Counted from the first letter of the stretch, positions 1 through 11,398 are shown. The stretch is 44,749 nucleotides of DNA from Catajapyx aquilonaris (GCA_000934665.2 JYFJ02003231.1:1-44749); one strand, 5' to 3'. Notes: generated from the letters alone by a model not told the origin. Made by a program: numbers and translations.

Positions 1-391
1 GGGGTATTTTCGATCCCAAAGTTTGGCCAAACCAAGACTGCCACACTCGTGCCCTTTCACACACTTACGGTAATTCGGCGTAGAAACCTCGTGACAGGCT
101 CGAATTTCACTGGTACCGACATGGAAAGAAGTTATTGCGGGTCAAAATAAAAAACTGTATCTGGCCGCGGCGGCCGCAAATATCGCCCCAGGAGAAAAAT
201 AAGCGCACCATCTCAAAGGGCAACCCTTTCGCTTCCAGATACTCCAGTTTCATGCCGATACCTCCATATTTGCGGCCGTGACAGCGAGAGGAAGAAGTGT
301 CAAACTCACGGGCCGGCCCGCGACGGGCTACCCGCAACAATGAATAGCGTAGCCTAGAGCGTGCTCTTAATAAGGAGACATTTATTAAAGA

Positions 392-709
392 CTAGCAGGT
401 TACCCGGCGTTGCCCGGGTATGTTATGGTCATTGTTATGGTGGTAGGCCTACAATGTAATGAGGGCATTACCATGGAAATCTATGAATATTGTTAAATAG
501 GTAATTGATAATTGGTTAATTGGGAATGTGCGTGTTATGGGTGTTAGGTTCATTTTCGGAAGCTGAAACATGCGGCATTAAATTCCTTGAAAAATGTAAC
601 TCCCGATATGCTAATTTAAGGCGGTGTAGGGGCCTTCCCCCGGATTTCTATAAGGGACAAACAAACTGACAAATAAACTGACAAACTTCCTTATTTATAG
701 AGATAGAGA
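392..709 (-). mobile_element. Non-autonomous Helitron (Lep1-like architecture)
   Basis: On the minus strand it starts with TC (709) and ends with CTAG (392-395), inserted between A and T. A GC-rich hairpin TACCCGG-cgttgc-CCGGGTA (401-420) lies next to the CTAG, and a GACAAA-type microsatellite-like tract (657-686) lies near the 5' end. Confidence 0.75.
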
Positions 710-785
710 TTTTCATGTGCTGATCACGAATATGTTAATAAAATCCAAAATTGGCTTTGATTCCTGAGAAATTCGCACCATGCAT

Positions 786-1050
786 GGTTTGGTTTATTCG
801 GAAGAAGCCAAAGCAACTATGGCTATCTGGCTATAAGAAGAGGGAAAGGTGGGACAGATGGAGAAAGAAACGAAGAGGAAAAAGAAGAGAGGAAAGACTG
901 GCATCTCTCTTAGTCTGTCTCCTATCCCAAAGACATGTCCGGCTTGGGTGGCCCTACCAGTAGACGAAACTACCGCCGGCATAGCTCTTGGGGTCATGGG
1001 AGAAACGCAAACCCCACCACCACGATAAGGTGGAGATACCATCAGGGGGG
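786..1050 (-). mobile_element. RTE-derived short non-autonomous retroposon (SINE-like), full-length copy
   Basis: Flanked by a 10-bp direct repeat CACCATGCAT (776-785, 1051-1060). The minus-strand head CCTTATCGTGG...GAGCTATGCC...TGGTAGGGCCACCCAAG...CAGACTAAGAG resembles the conserved RTE-clade (BovB/Rex3-type) 5' UTR, and the tail is AATAAACCAAACC. There are further copies in the window. Confidence 0.75.
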
Positions 1051-1312
1051 CACCATGCATACATGGTAAGACTTGTAAGATGAACACATATGATAGACTA
1101 GCAATAAAAGTTAATAGAAAAATCATGATGCTGATATTCAAGTTTGTTCTATGTAAATGAGTGTCATCCAATGCAGTTTTTTTTGTATGAAATTCTATTC
1201 AGCAGTTTTAACCTCACTCGCTATTACGTATATCTTACTTCCGCAATAGGATCTCGCTATTCTGTTCAACTCGCAAGTTATATGGTAAGCATAGCTTAAT
1301 AATCCCTATATA

Positions 1313-1964
1313 CAGGGTGTAACAAGACCCAATGCAGAAATTTTAAAGGTGGGTAGGGGACCCCAAAACAAACATTTTTGACCAATGAACCCACCCTCTA
1401 AAAAAACAGCAAATTTACTGATATTGCTAACTGGTTAGTACCTGTAGTAACAGTTATGTGGTTGCTGCTACTCAACAGGAGCGTTGTCATGGTATAGTGT
1501 TGACAATTTAGTACAGTACTGTAAAAATTCATCACCACCACAAATCAATGAAAGCTGACATGAAACTCACCACCACCTTCATTGCACCCAACACAAAACT
1601 GTAATCAAAGGAGCTGCTAAAAGTGTCCTCCAGCCACTTGTACACACAGCCTACAACGACGCACAAGAGATTCCCGAGTTGATTGGAACAACACTGAATT
1701 GTTTATTTTCCAGACTTTTACATGTTGTGCTGTACCAGACAATTACTTGTCAACACTACCATGACAACGCTACCATAGAGTAGCAGCAAACCACATAACT
1801 GTTACCGTACCACAGGTACTAACAAGTTATCGATTTCAGTAAATTTGATGATTTTTTAGAGGGTGGGTGATTTTTTTAGAGGGTGGGTTCATTGGTCAAA
1901 AATGTTTGTTTTGGGGTCCCCTACCCACCTTTAAAATTTATGCATTGGGTCTTGTTACACCCTG
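1313..1964. mobile_element. Internally deleted Tc1/mariner-superfamily DNA transposon with long (~190-200 bp) TIRs
   Basis: TIRs CAGGGTGTAACAAGACCCAATGCA... / ...TGCATTGGGTCTTGTTACACCCTG are flanked by TA on both sides (1311-1312, 1965-1966). A transposase remnant lies inside. Confidence 0.9.
1605..1700 (-). pseudogene. C-terminal remnant of a Tc1/mariner-type transposase
   Basis: Minus-strand translation NSVLFQSTRESLVRRCRLCVQVAGGHF*QLL* matches the typical RR..C+...GGHFE.LL terminus, with GAG changed to a TAG stop. Confidence 0.75.
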
Positions 1965-2309
1965 TATATAAAGCTCAATATTTGTACGTATATTTATTTA
2001 TTTATTTATCACGCCTCATTAAGCCACTTCTCGGGCACGGAGAGCGCTCAAACTTCTCAGAGCCATGCCTTACATATCACTGACCCCGAGAAAAGTCCCA
2101 AACCCGAACTTTTTTGAGTCTAAGGGGGGTTTTCAGCAGATTAACCAATTGCCTAGCAACCCCGGCTGTCAACAAGCCCAAAAGGAAGGATCTGCCTCTC
2201 TCACTCACGTTCTAAAATGAAATCAACATTGCATAATTATTCAACAATGAAAACAATAGAACAACGGGCAGGTTGGCAAGAATAATAATAATTATTGCAG
2301 TGCACGTAG

Positions 2310-2471
2310 CAAGGGGGTAATCACTTCGGTACTCCGGTGCAATGCTCCGGTGTACACCTGGGAGTGGTACTCCCCTGGTACTCCTCAGGCACCTCACTCT
2401 TTATTACTCCGTGGTACTCCTTGAATTTGGTACTCCAGTGTACACTTTTCAGTCGAGTGATTACCCCCTTG
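2310..2471. mobile_element. MITE with 16-bp TIR and 8-bp TSD (hAT- or P-like)
   Basis: TIR CAAGGGGGTAATCACT / AGTGATTACCCCCTTG. Flanks are GCACGTAG and ACACGTAG (7/8 identical). GGTACTCC motifs repeat internally. Confidence 0.8.
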
Positions 2472-3136
2472 ACACGTAGGGTATTGTAACAATTAACGGT
2501 TGGAGTACTTCGGTGAGTGCCGAGATCAACAATACCGAACAATACAGTACTGTACAGTGCATATCGATAGAACCTGCCACAAGGCACCAGGAAACACAGA
2601 GGAAAGAAGAGCAGGTATACACGTTCGTGTGTTTGGTCTCAGAAGTGTTGGAGTGATGCCTTCATGTATAGATTGTGTTATCATCAAATTTTGTTAAAAA
2701 AAATCCGATACAAAATTTTCAAATGTAATTTTAAAACCGGGGTTAATGCGAAACGGCGTACGGGGCGAAACGGGTACTTCCCGCATGGGAAATCTTTCTT
2801 GGCCACTTCACAACCAGAAAGCTATCATAATTTCCACGTTATCACAATTTTTCAATTTAAAAATTGTATGATGTCATTTTCAAACCGGCGTTAATGTAGA
2901 ACGGCGTAAAATGGAGGGGTGTAAAACGGGTACCTACTGTATTATTTTGATAATATTGGACCTGGACGGTGTTATGCAATAATGCGTCAACCCACACGAG
3001 ACCAGTTTTGAGAAAATAAGCTTTGAAGGTCATACCTGTGAAATTAATTCAGTGTTCTTTTCGGTCATTTATGGCAGAAGCATGCAGATTATTTCACCTG
3101 CGTGATTTTAACTGAATGAAGTAGGATCCTTTAGGT

Positions 3137-3353
3137 CAGCGGTTCTTAGCCTGGGGTGCCCGCACCTCCAGGGGGTGCGAGGTGGCTTCCCTGGGGGTGC
3201 GAGCAAGGTGCACCTCTGGACTTAATGTAACCAAGAGCTAATAACTGCTCTAACTATGAACTTAATCAATCACCCCTGGTATAGGGGGTGCAACAAGGAC
3301 CAATATATTGTCTACAAAGGGGTGCGGAGGCCCGAAAAGGTTAAGAACCTCTG
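3137..3353. mobile_element. hAT (Charlie-like) MITE
   Basis: Ends are CAGCGGTTCTTAGCCT / AGGTTAAGAACCTCTG with subterminal GGGGTGC(G) motifs. The 8-bp flanks CTTTAGGT and CTATGGGT match at 6/8. Confidence 0.7.
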
Positions 3354-3684
3354 CTATGGGTGTATGTTCCTGGGCTTGGCTCAATTTTGACATTTTTGTG
3401 GGTTGACCCATTAATGCATAACACTGTCCAATAATTATCCCTCCGCTTTCGATCACTTCTGTGTAGGTTGACTGACACCAAGTTCAACATATGTACAGTA
3501 CCAGACACTACACGCGGGTTTGCTGCTATAAATTAATAAATGAATAACATATTTTGATAATCTACGTATGTAAGGCAAAAAAATAACATTTGTTTGCCTG
3601 TGGCAACAGAATATTGTTGGTGATTACCATAGAAACAGGCCTGTAAATGGTTTCAAATTTTGCACTTCCCCCAATTTTTTATGT

Positions 3685-3953
3685 CCCCTCCCCCCAATGT
3701 ATCTCCCCCTTGCCGTGGTGGTGGGCTTGCATTTTCCCATGATCCTGAAGAGCCATGCCGGCGGTAGTTTCGTCTACTGGTAGGGCCGCCCAATAAGTTG
3801 GACATGTCTTTGGGATAGGAGACAGACTAAGAGAGATGCCAGTCTTTCCTCTCTTCTTTTTCCTCTTTGTTTCTCTCTCCATCTGCCCCACCTTTTTGTA
3901 TTCTGATAACCACATAGCCATAGTTGCGTGGCTCTTTATTACGCAAACAACCC
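3685..3953 (+). mobile_element. Second copy of the RTE-derived SINE, opposite orientation to 786-1050
   Basis: Reverse-complement match to 786-1050 along its whole length, starting at the same 5' point. Confidence 0.75.
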
Positions 3954-4065
3954 AGAATTTTTACACCCTTCCAGTGCCTGCATATGCAATGGAATGAGCA
4001 GTTTTGCATTTAATATTGCTTGAGATCTAAGAAGATTTCGGTGTAATTATCCATGCTCTTTTTTC

Positions 4066-4094
4066 CCCGTGCGAAGAACGGGTACCGCTGCTAG
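4066..4094 (+). mobile_element. Helitron 3' terminus (hairpin + CTAG); 5' end not located
   Basis: CCCGT-gcgaaga-ACGGG hairpin followed 8 nt later by CTAG|T. Homologous ends occur at 39955 and 40119. Confidence 0.6.
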
Positions 4095-4292
4095 TATTGT
4101 ATAATTATATAAATTATCAACTTCATGTATCATAATATCAATGCTTTCCAACAGTTTTAACACCAGTGGTCCTCTTCAAGTCGTAAATCAACTTTTTGTA
4201 AAGAGTTTTACGCTTACTCTATAATAGTGTAATACTGCTTAGTGTCTTTGAACATCACTGATCCTCTTCAAGTGTCAAAATCATCTATTACG

Positions 4293-4679
4293 GTAAGCTG
4301 TGTTTAATAATAAATAGTTAAAATAACTTATTGATTAGTTATTTTTACACTACGTCCACTTTCATTCTCATTTTACAAATATGATTAATTACTCTGAACC
4401 ATTACAATAACGAAGATATACTGTATGTACATATACGAATGAGTGTCATACAATGTTGTTTATTACTGACAAAACCTTGAATGTGAGTTTAATAATCAGT
4501 TTTGACATTAGTTACTATAAACCTCCTTCGTCAATGGAAAATATAAATTACCAGAACAGAAATGATAATTTTTACATAAGAGATGTTATGATCTTGTATA
4601 CATTTTGTTACATGTTCCTTACTGTATGAGTTTAATGTTAACGTTCAATGATGACTAATGCCAATGTAATCATTTTCAG
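4293..4679 (+). other. Putative 5'-UTR intron upstream of the retropepsin-like ORF
   Basis: Donor G|GTAAGC (4293), branch-point-like TGACTAAT (~4652-4659) and acceptor TTTTCAG (4679). The ATG is 15 nt downstream. Confidence 0.5.
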
Positions 4680-4694
4680 ACAAAGAAAAGAAGA

Positions 4695-5063
4695 ATGACT
4701 GGAATAATTACAGAGGTGAGGGTTCCAATGTGCATGAAGATGGACCAGAAGGTTGACGTAAGCGTCATGTCAGAAAATGAAGTTCGAAGTTGGAGTAAGA
4801 TGAATACCATTCAAAACATGTTCAATACTTCTGGAATGAAGGTAGAAGTAGATGGGGTGGAGTACGAAATCGTAACTGTCAGAGATATTGAAGTAACATG
4901 GGGTACACAAACAATAAAACATCAGTTCCATATTTTGAAAGGATATGATGGTCTACCTGTACTAGGTAAAGATTTTTTTCTTGCGTCAGATGTTACACAA
5001 TGGGTATCATTCCAAGATGACAATGAAGCTGAGTGCAGAGTTGCAAGTTTTCAATTATATTAA
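4695..5063 (+). CDS. 122-aa retropepsin (A2 aspartic protease)-like protein with degenerate active site
   Basis: MKMDQKVDVSVMS aligns with hhhDTGAxxShhS, and HQFHIL...PVLGKDFF aligns with the retropepsin C-terminal hLGxDF motif. The ORF is intact and followed by AATAAA at 5105-5110. Confidence 0.55.
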   Translation: MTGIITEVRVPMCMKMDQKVDVSVMSENEVRSWSKMNTIQNMFNTSGMKVEVDGVEYEIVTVRDIEVTWGTQTIKHQFHILKGYDGLPVLGKDFFLASDVTQWVSFQDDNEAECRVASFQLY

Positions 5064-5210
5064 ATGATTGATTATATTTGATTTACGTGAATGTATGCGA
5101 AGGAAATAAAACAGACCTGATAATGTAGCAAAATTAGTTGATCCAACCCTCTCAACCTATTTCAGCCCTTCATGTATGACGTTGGTCGTTGACGTATTAT
5201 TTTTATTTTT

Positions 5211-5211
5211 A

Positions 5212-5272
<61 letters not shown>

Positions 5273-5279
5273 GTTATTG
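5211..5279. repeat. (TTA)n microsatellite
   Basis: Directly visible. Confidence 0.95.
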
Positions 5280-5306
5280 TAAGACTCAACCCCCCCCCCC
5301 CCCATT

Positions 5307-5319
5307 TGGTGCCGTGACC
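5307..5319 (+). other. tRNA-His-type primer-binding site of an LTR retroelement
   Basis: TGGTGCCGTGACC, complementary to the tRNA-His 3' end, sits 2 nt after a CA dinucleotide (candidate LTR end) and 65 nt before a long ORF. Confidence 0.6.
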
Positions 5320-5383
5320 TCCAAAGTGGCTAAGAATAAATCTTAAGCCTATACCTTAAATCCTTAAAACCGTACCAGACCAA

Positions 5384-6004
5384 ATGGACCCCATCAACCT
5401 TCCCCCATCCTTCCATTCACCCCCGCCCCAAAAGAAAAAAAAGAGGAGACCAGGGAAGAAGGTGCGTGAACGCATCCTTCGGGCGATAACTCGAAAGAAG
5501 GCTTTGGTAGACCGGTACACGGCGTGTACAGGCCGCAATCAACCCAAAGCTATGGAAGTATCAGCAACACTGCAGCAGACGGATGCAGTATCACCAACAC
5601 TGCAGCAGACGGATACAGTATCACCAACACTGCAGCAGCCAGACGCAGTACCTGCACCAGTGAAACCCCAAAGATCAAATTCTCCCAAAAATACCATCAA
5701 AGTCTCCATTCCACTAAGCAAAATAAACCATCAAATCCCCCTCATCCTTGACCCCACAACAAGGAAGAAGACCCGGCCAACAGCCATACGGGCTGGACCT
5801 TCAAAGAAAGGAGGGTCAAAGCTAGGGCCCCAGCTTATCAACCCAGTACTGGACCTGATACTACCGGTGAAGGTACCACCCGAGGAAAAGGCGAAAAGAA
5901 AACCCGCAGTGACTCCAGAAAGGTCCATACAACGACGTCTGGCAGCAAAAAGGAGGAGGGAGACACTGACCAGTCATAGCCACTGTGGATTCGGACATAA
6001 TTGA
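5384..6004 (+). CDS. 206-aa basic, Pro-rich ORF following the PBS (possible LTR-element first/gag-region ORF)
   Basis: Uninterrupted ATG-started ORF with NLS-like basic clusters (KKKKRRPGKK, AAKRRRE). No recognisable domain. Confidence 0.45.
   Translation: MDPINLPPSFHSPPPQKKKKRRPGKKVRERILRAITRKKALVDRYTACTGRNQPKAMEVSATLQQTDAVSPTLQQTDTVSPTLQQPDAVPAPVKPQRSNSPKNTIKVSIPLSKINHQIPLILDPTTRKKTRPTAIRAGPSKKGGSKLGPQLINPVLDLILPVKVPPEEKAKRKPAVTPERSIQRRLAAKRRRETLTSHSHCGFGHN
5557..5650 (+). repeat. 30-bp in-frame tandem repeat x3 (VSPTLQQTDA-like)
   Basis: Units approximating AGTATCACCAACACTGCAGCAGACGGATAC. Confidence 0.9.
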
Positions 6005-6260
6005 AGTAATGGCTGACTTCGACAGAGTGTGGATGGACATACTCATACCCGACCCCCCAGTGTCCCCTCTCCCCCGCACTCCACCTCGCCGAATCTTTTC
6101 CCCTCAATGAGGGTTGCACTCATACATAGTGAACATAGTGAACAGTGAATATAGTGAACAACCATACGGACCCATTTCCAGTGTTTGTGTTTTCTTTGTG
6201 AAGTGCATATGTGGTGTTAAAAGGAGCAAAAACCCGTTCGGGGTCATTGCTCTTTCCAGT

Positions 6261-7366
6261 AATACGAAATGGTTCCGGAGCTATAGGTACTGACGTGGAG
6301 CGCTGCGCTAGTGGCCACCCCCGCAGAATGAAAAGGAGCGGCCCACATAGGTCCGCCTTCATGTCTCAGGTAGTGTACGCTTGTCATTTGTGTTTAATTC
6401 ACTTAATAATATAGTTCAAAAAAAATTTACCATAGAATAGTAAGAATAAATGAATATTCCCTTGTCATGCTCAACAAAGTTTCAATTTTCACAAGTGTCA
6501 AGTGTGTGTTAAAATATGCTTGATTATTTACAATAGAGAAACATGTAGCCTACTTTTTTAATTTTTATATTCATTCCTCTATTCGTTCCTAGTCACAGTC
6601 CAAATGAATGTTCACTGTTGAGGCCTGTACGGAATTCCTTGCGGCTTCCTACGGGCCCCTTGCTTTCACTATAATGGAATATATATTGCACTCCTGCACC
6701 CCTCCACGTCAGTGATTATATCTCCGTAACCCTTGCGTATGCCAAAATTCCGTTTGTATATGGCTGATAGAGGACACTATGAGGAATTTCTTGATATCAA
6801 TGTGATGACTGATGGTATTTAACTTTGGCTCTCGTTTCGAAAATTTCATTTGCTTGCAAAACTCTCGCTTTTTGCCATGAATTTGCACATCTGTCAGGAA
6901 GTTAGCATTTTTGTCGAAAAGAGGAGACAATTTCACACGTGAAACTTGTATCATATCAAGCATTTACATTGTCGTGTAAATGTGATCAAAGTACAATTTA
7001 CGCCTGTAGAGAGGCAACCACGCATCAGCGGACCAAGTTCTTATGCGAAAGGTTCTAACATGGACCTGAACATATCTCCTCACACTTTGACACTTATCGA
7101 TGGCCAGATTTTTTTTGTGCAAAACGTGATCACGTTCACGTGGAATTGCCCAGTAGCGGACCAAATTTATTTGGAACTATTTCTAGATATATTAAAACTA
7201 TAACTACATTAACTATATTATTAAGTGAATTAAACACAAAGGACAAGCGTACACTACCTGAGACATGAAGACGGACCTAGGTGGGCCGCTCCTTTTCATT
7301 CAGCGGGCGTGGCCACTAGCGCAGCGCTCCACGTCAGTACCTATAGCTCCGTAACCATTTCGTATT
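6261..7366. mobile_element. Foldback/non-autonomous DNA transposon with ~157-bp inverted repeats
   Basis: 6261-6417 is the near-perfect reverse complement of 7211-7366. A diverged partial third copy of the arm lies at ~6702-6758. The TSD is not resolved. Confidence 0.75.
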
Positions 7367-8364
7367 CCAAAATTCCGTTTGTACGTGTTTATATTATTTA
7401 TTGGCAGCTAAAATATTTCTTATTTCTCGTTACTTACTATAGTCACTATTTCAAGATTAATATTCTTTGACTACAGCTGCCAACCAAGGACCATGAGGAT
7501 CATGACTCTTTTTGTATCCTTATGCTATTATGCTGAAACAGCTAAGCATCGTGCTACTGTCTCGCAGTAAGCGGGTTGATGGTAAGATATACTAATGATT
7601 TAATAATATGTGTATGTGATACGTTATTTATAAATTGAGACTTGGAAACATACATGTTTGGTTTTATTGTAGGTGTTAAAATAATATGATAATATAAAAT
7701 ATCCATTAATATTACATAACTTTGCGTGTAGAGATGTCAGATGAGCGGGTTGAGATGAGTTAGTAATTCTTTCAGTAATATAATAATTCAAATGTTCCGC
7801 AGAATTTTAATGACCATGACAGTATCAACCTAAGTGTAAAATAGTTGGTAATAGGTCCTTATTACTAAGGCAGAGTGACAGTGCTAATGTGAATAATAAT
7901 AAATACTGTATGTATTTAGCTCAAACATATAACAAAATTCCCACAGCCTTAATCAAAGACAATGCTAATTTGATTATTGCTTTCCCTCAATGTGATGGTA
8001 ATTTAAATATGATATTTCGAGATCATTGGCCGCATAGTTATCACTGGTTACATCTAACGTAACTAACGTACGTACCTACTGGTATTGACGAGTGACCTTG
8101 ACGCCCATTAAATAATGAAATAAAATGTTTCACTTAAAGTTTTATTTCTCTAAGGTGCATTAATTTCAGGTATAAAATAAATTTATACCTGATGCAGTAG
8201 ACCATCGACATTCACGAGCCATCGAGCGACATGCCGTTCATCCCCACGTCAATGTCGAACGTTGCGTTGACCTTAAGACCATGCTGTTATTTTTAACGAC
8301 TTAACGATAATTTAACGTAACCCTGCTGGCATGGGACTCCGATCTACTCTATCCGAGGTGACCT

Positions 8365-8558
8365 AAATCGGAGTCCCATGCCAGGGGCGTGGTCAGATCT
8401 TCGAGGGGTAGGCAACCCGCAACCCATCGCATGGTTGCATACCCCTGGGGGATCTGCACATGTATTGCGAGGTGCATACCCTTCAAGGACCTGACATGTA
8501 TTGCGGGTTGCATACCCCTCAAAGATCTGACCACACCCCTGGCATGGGACTCCGATTT
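8365..8558. mobile_element. MITE-like element with ~58-bp inverted repeats
   Basis: 8365-8422 matches 8501-8558 with 3 mismatches. There are internal GTTGCATACCCC repeats and an extra terminal-motif copy CTGGCATGGGACTCCGAT at 8326-8343. Confidence 0.7.
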
Positions 8559-8619
8559 TCCATACTACTGTCCTTTCATCTCTTTTTAAAACACAAGGAA
8601 CTGCAGGAAGCACTATGTG

Positions 8620-8790
8620 GCATTGGGCTGGAACTTTACGACATCCTGTTACCAGAAACGACTGAATGTCCATATATTGTTCCCAAGACAAACAATGCTG
8701 TAGAAGGATTCTACAATTACTTTTAAAGTCTACTCGGCGTAACTCATCCCTCATCACTTTGTCAGTTCATAGAGAGACTAAAGGGCAGAT
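8620..8790 (+). pseudogene. Mutator-like (MULE) transposase fragment
   Basis: WN(L)YDILL...PKTNNAVEGFYNYF*SLLGVTHPS...QFIERLK resembles the MULE motif PRTNNxxEGWHN...HPxxxxFIExLK, with a stop and frameshifts. Confidence 0.65.
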
Positions 8791-11286
8791 TCTTCCGACA
8801 GTACAAGCTTGCTACCCCTACTGCTGGGCCACACAGCTGAAGAAAGTTGTGTAAGAATATGACTCCCGATCGTCTGACGAGAACCACCCAAAACATCCAG
8901 CTTCATAAATAAAATAGCCTATTCATACCTTTGTAATATGTATGTTTCAACTTTTTACCATTAATAAACACCATGTTGTATTTATGTTATACGTACTTAG
9001 GACCGGTTGTACCGCGACTGGGGGTACTGGCCGGGGAAGCGGAACTGGTTTACCGGAGGGGGAGTAGGGAAGTGATATTTTCCCCGAGTTCAACGTTACA
9101 CTTACACCGTCCCAACCAGCCGACATATAATCAACTGCAATTTTTAAGTTTAGGTCTAATGGGACCAATCTAATTTTGTTATAATTTAAAATTATTGCGA
9201 TGTGATTTTTGACACCAATCTTTGAAGGCGTACAATGACATTTTCCTTACCATGTCTGTGTACAGCCAGACGATAATAGGTGCTGAATGACATTCCAGCT
9301 GCATCAAGTCAATAAAGCACATCCTTCGTACTTGTTAATGAGTGTTTAATCACTCACAGATATATCTATTTATAACTGCCAGCCACAAACATGGATAGGC
9401 ATGTATAGTACGGCGGTACATAACATGTTTGTTCTGTGTGATCCACTCCATATCGTGATCCTTCGCACTGAGAATTTTGAGACATAAATAAAAAAGATCC
9501 TCAAAAATAAGATCCATATTCAGGCGTCTTCCCTGTTCATCAAGAGGCTGGTCACACGTTTCTTCTCCTCAGCATTCATCTTCACGCGGAAAGGTTTCTA
9601 AATAACGCAGAAGTAATAATAAGAATAATGAGCGTGATCAACTAGTGCTGTGACTAACTTTGATGTCGGTGCAATCCAAGAGGAGCCACTGAACGTACAT
9701 GGCTCGCTGTACTGTGGGCTGCACGGACATTATGTCTTCGATATCCTTGAGAACCACGCGACGGTACCTGCCCGTGTCGTACACGTCCTCTGGGTCAGTG
9801 AACAGCGGAACAGACCTGGAGAGGTAGAATCAAACGTGGTCATTACCCGGATTACCTTACCCTATATGAGGATTAGCTAACAAGGAACCAGAGTGCGTTA
9901 CCAACACAACTCGCCGCTTATAACATTAAGGGTACATTTATTTTATCCAAATTCTGTATATCTCTTTGCAACATATTAGGAAGCGAAGAAGAGACAGCCG
10001 GGCGTAGAAACTTGTAATTTGGCACGGTATCATTTTAAAACTTCTTGAAGTAATAAATCACAGGAAACGCCGGACCTACCAAGTGTACCTTAGGGAATCA
10101 GGTTTATTCTTCCTTAGCCCTGTGTCCACCCTGGCCACAACTTGCGGACGGGGCTTCACGGACTCTTCTCCTGGGCCCTTACACTTCTTATACAATGAGT
10201 CCTTTTTACGTACTGGAAGGGAATTGTCTGACCCTGAGGGCATTGTTGTACTACCACCTTCCATTCTGGAACCTGAACAACACGTCTGATAGGTATAAGA
10301 GTCAAACTGTATCTGTGTGTTTATCACGTGTTTCCAACGTTACGCCCAATCAACAATCGCAATGCTCATTATAGGACCAGCGATCTCGGTACACGGTATT
10401 TATTGTGACCATCAGGTCCGTCTAGTGCAGATGTTTCCAGACACTCAAGGACCAGGAAGGGTGAAAAAGACGAGCAACATTAGGTCTTATGCTGTATGCA
10501 TTTTACGAATGGGATAACAAGAGTCCGCCGAAGGAGACGCACAGTATCCAGGACTTTCACAGGCAGCACGACGACGGCAGGGTATACAACTTTGATAATT
10601 CGGCATCAGACGAATGGCAGCGTCATTGGCTTGAATGACCTTTTTTAAAATTCCTATTCTGTATACCTCTTTGCAACTTTCAGCTGACATTTTTTTTTTT
10701 GTTATTATATTAATGACCTTAGAGCATAGCTTACACACAGCCATCTCCAAGGATATTTCGTCTACACGGAGATGATGGACAACACTTTGAAATGCCACAC
10801 TTATAATATAAGGAATATAATATAATATAAGGAGCAGAAACCACATACAAAGCCTTCATCATCATGATTATAATAACTATCTCAACCACTTGCAACGACG
10901 TCTAAGATTTGTTCCTACACCGCTCATATGTATGCCACAGTGGGGAGCGAAAGGTTGTACCGTTATGAGGAGCTTCACCTTGTTTTTTTAATGTAATGTA
11001 AGCCTGTAGTAATGTAAGCCTGCTGTGGTATAATCAGAACATTGTCAATTTTCTTATTATGAAAATTGTAAATGGTCAACGTCATTAAGGATTATTTATT
11101 AATTTATTACCCAATAGCAGGTGCCCTCATGGGGATATTAAAGAACTGTAAATAAAACACCGCCATTGACTACAATCCCAGCATCTGATTAACCAGTGGT
11201 TACTTTGCACTACTTGTGTACATAATAGAATCATCGATGAATACTTGAAAGGTATTAAATAACTAAGTAGTACGATTGATGCTGAA

Positions 11287-11398
11287 CATCTCTCTTAGTC
11301 TGTCTCCTATCCCAAAGACCTGCTCGAATTGAATGGCTCTACCAGTAGGCGAAGCTACCGCCGGCATAGCTCTTGGGGTCATGGGAAGAAACGCAAAC
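11287..11398 (-). mobile_element. Fragment of the RTE-derived SINE
   Basis: Matches 902-1012 (CATCTCTCTTAGTCTGTCTCCTATCCCAAAGAC...CGCAAAC). Confidence 0.75.

Noticed and set aside
955..985. Hammerhead ribozyme (GACGAAAC); also CTGAGGATG at ~17678
   Set aside because: The complementary core element (CTGANGA or GAAA) and stems were not found at suitable spacing.
2550..2941. pogo/Tigger-like MITE (right end ...CGGGTACCTACTG|TA)
   Set aside because: No convincing matching left TIR.
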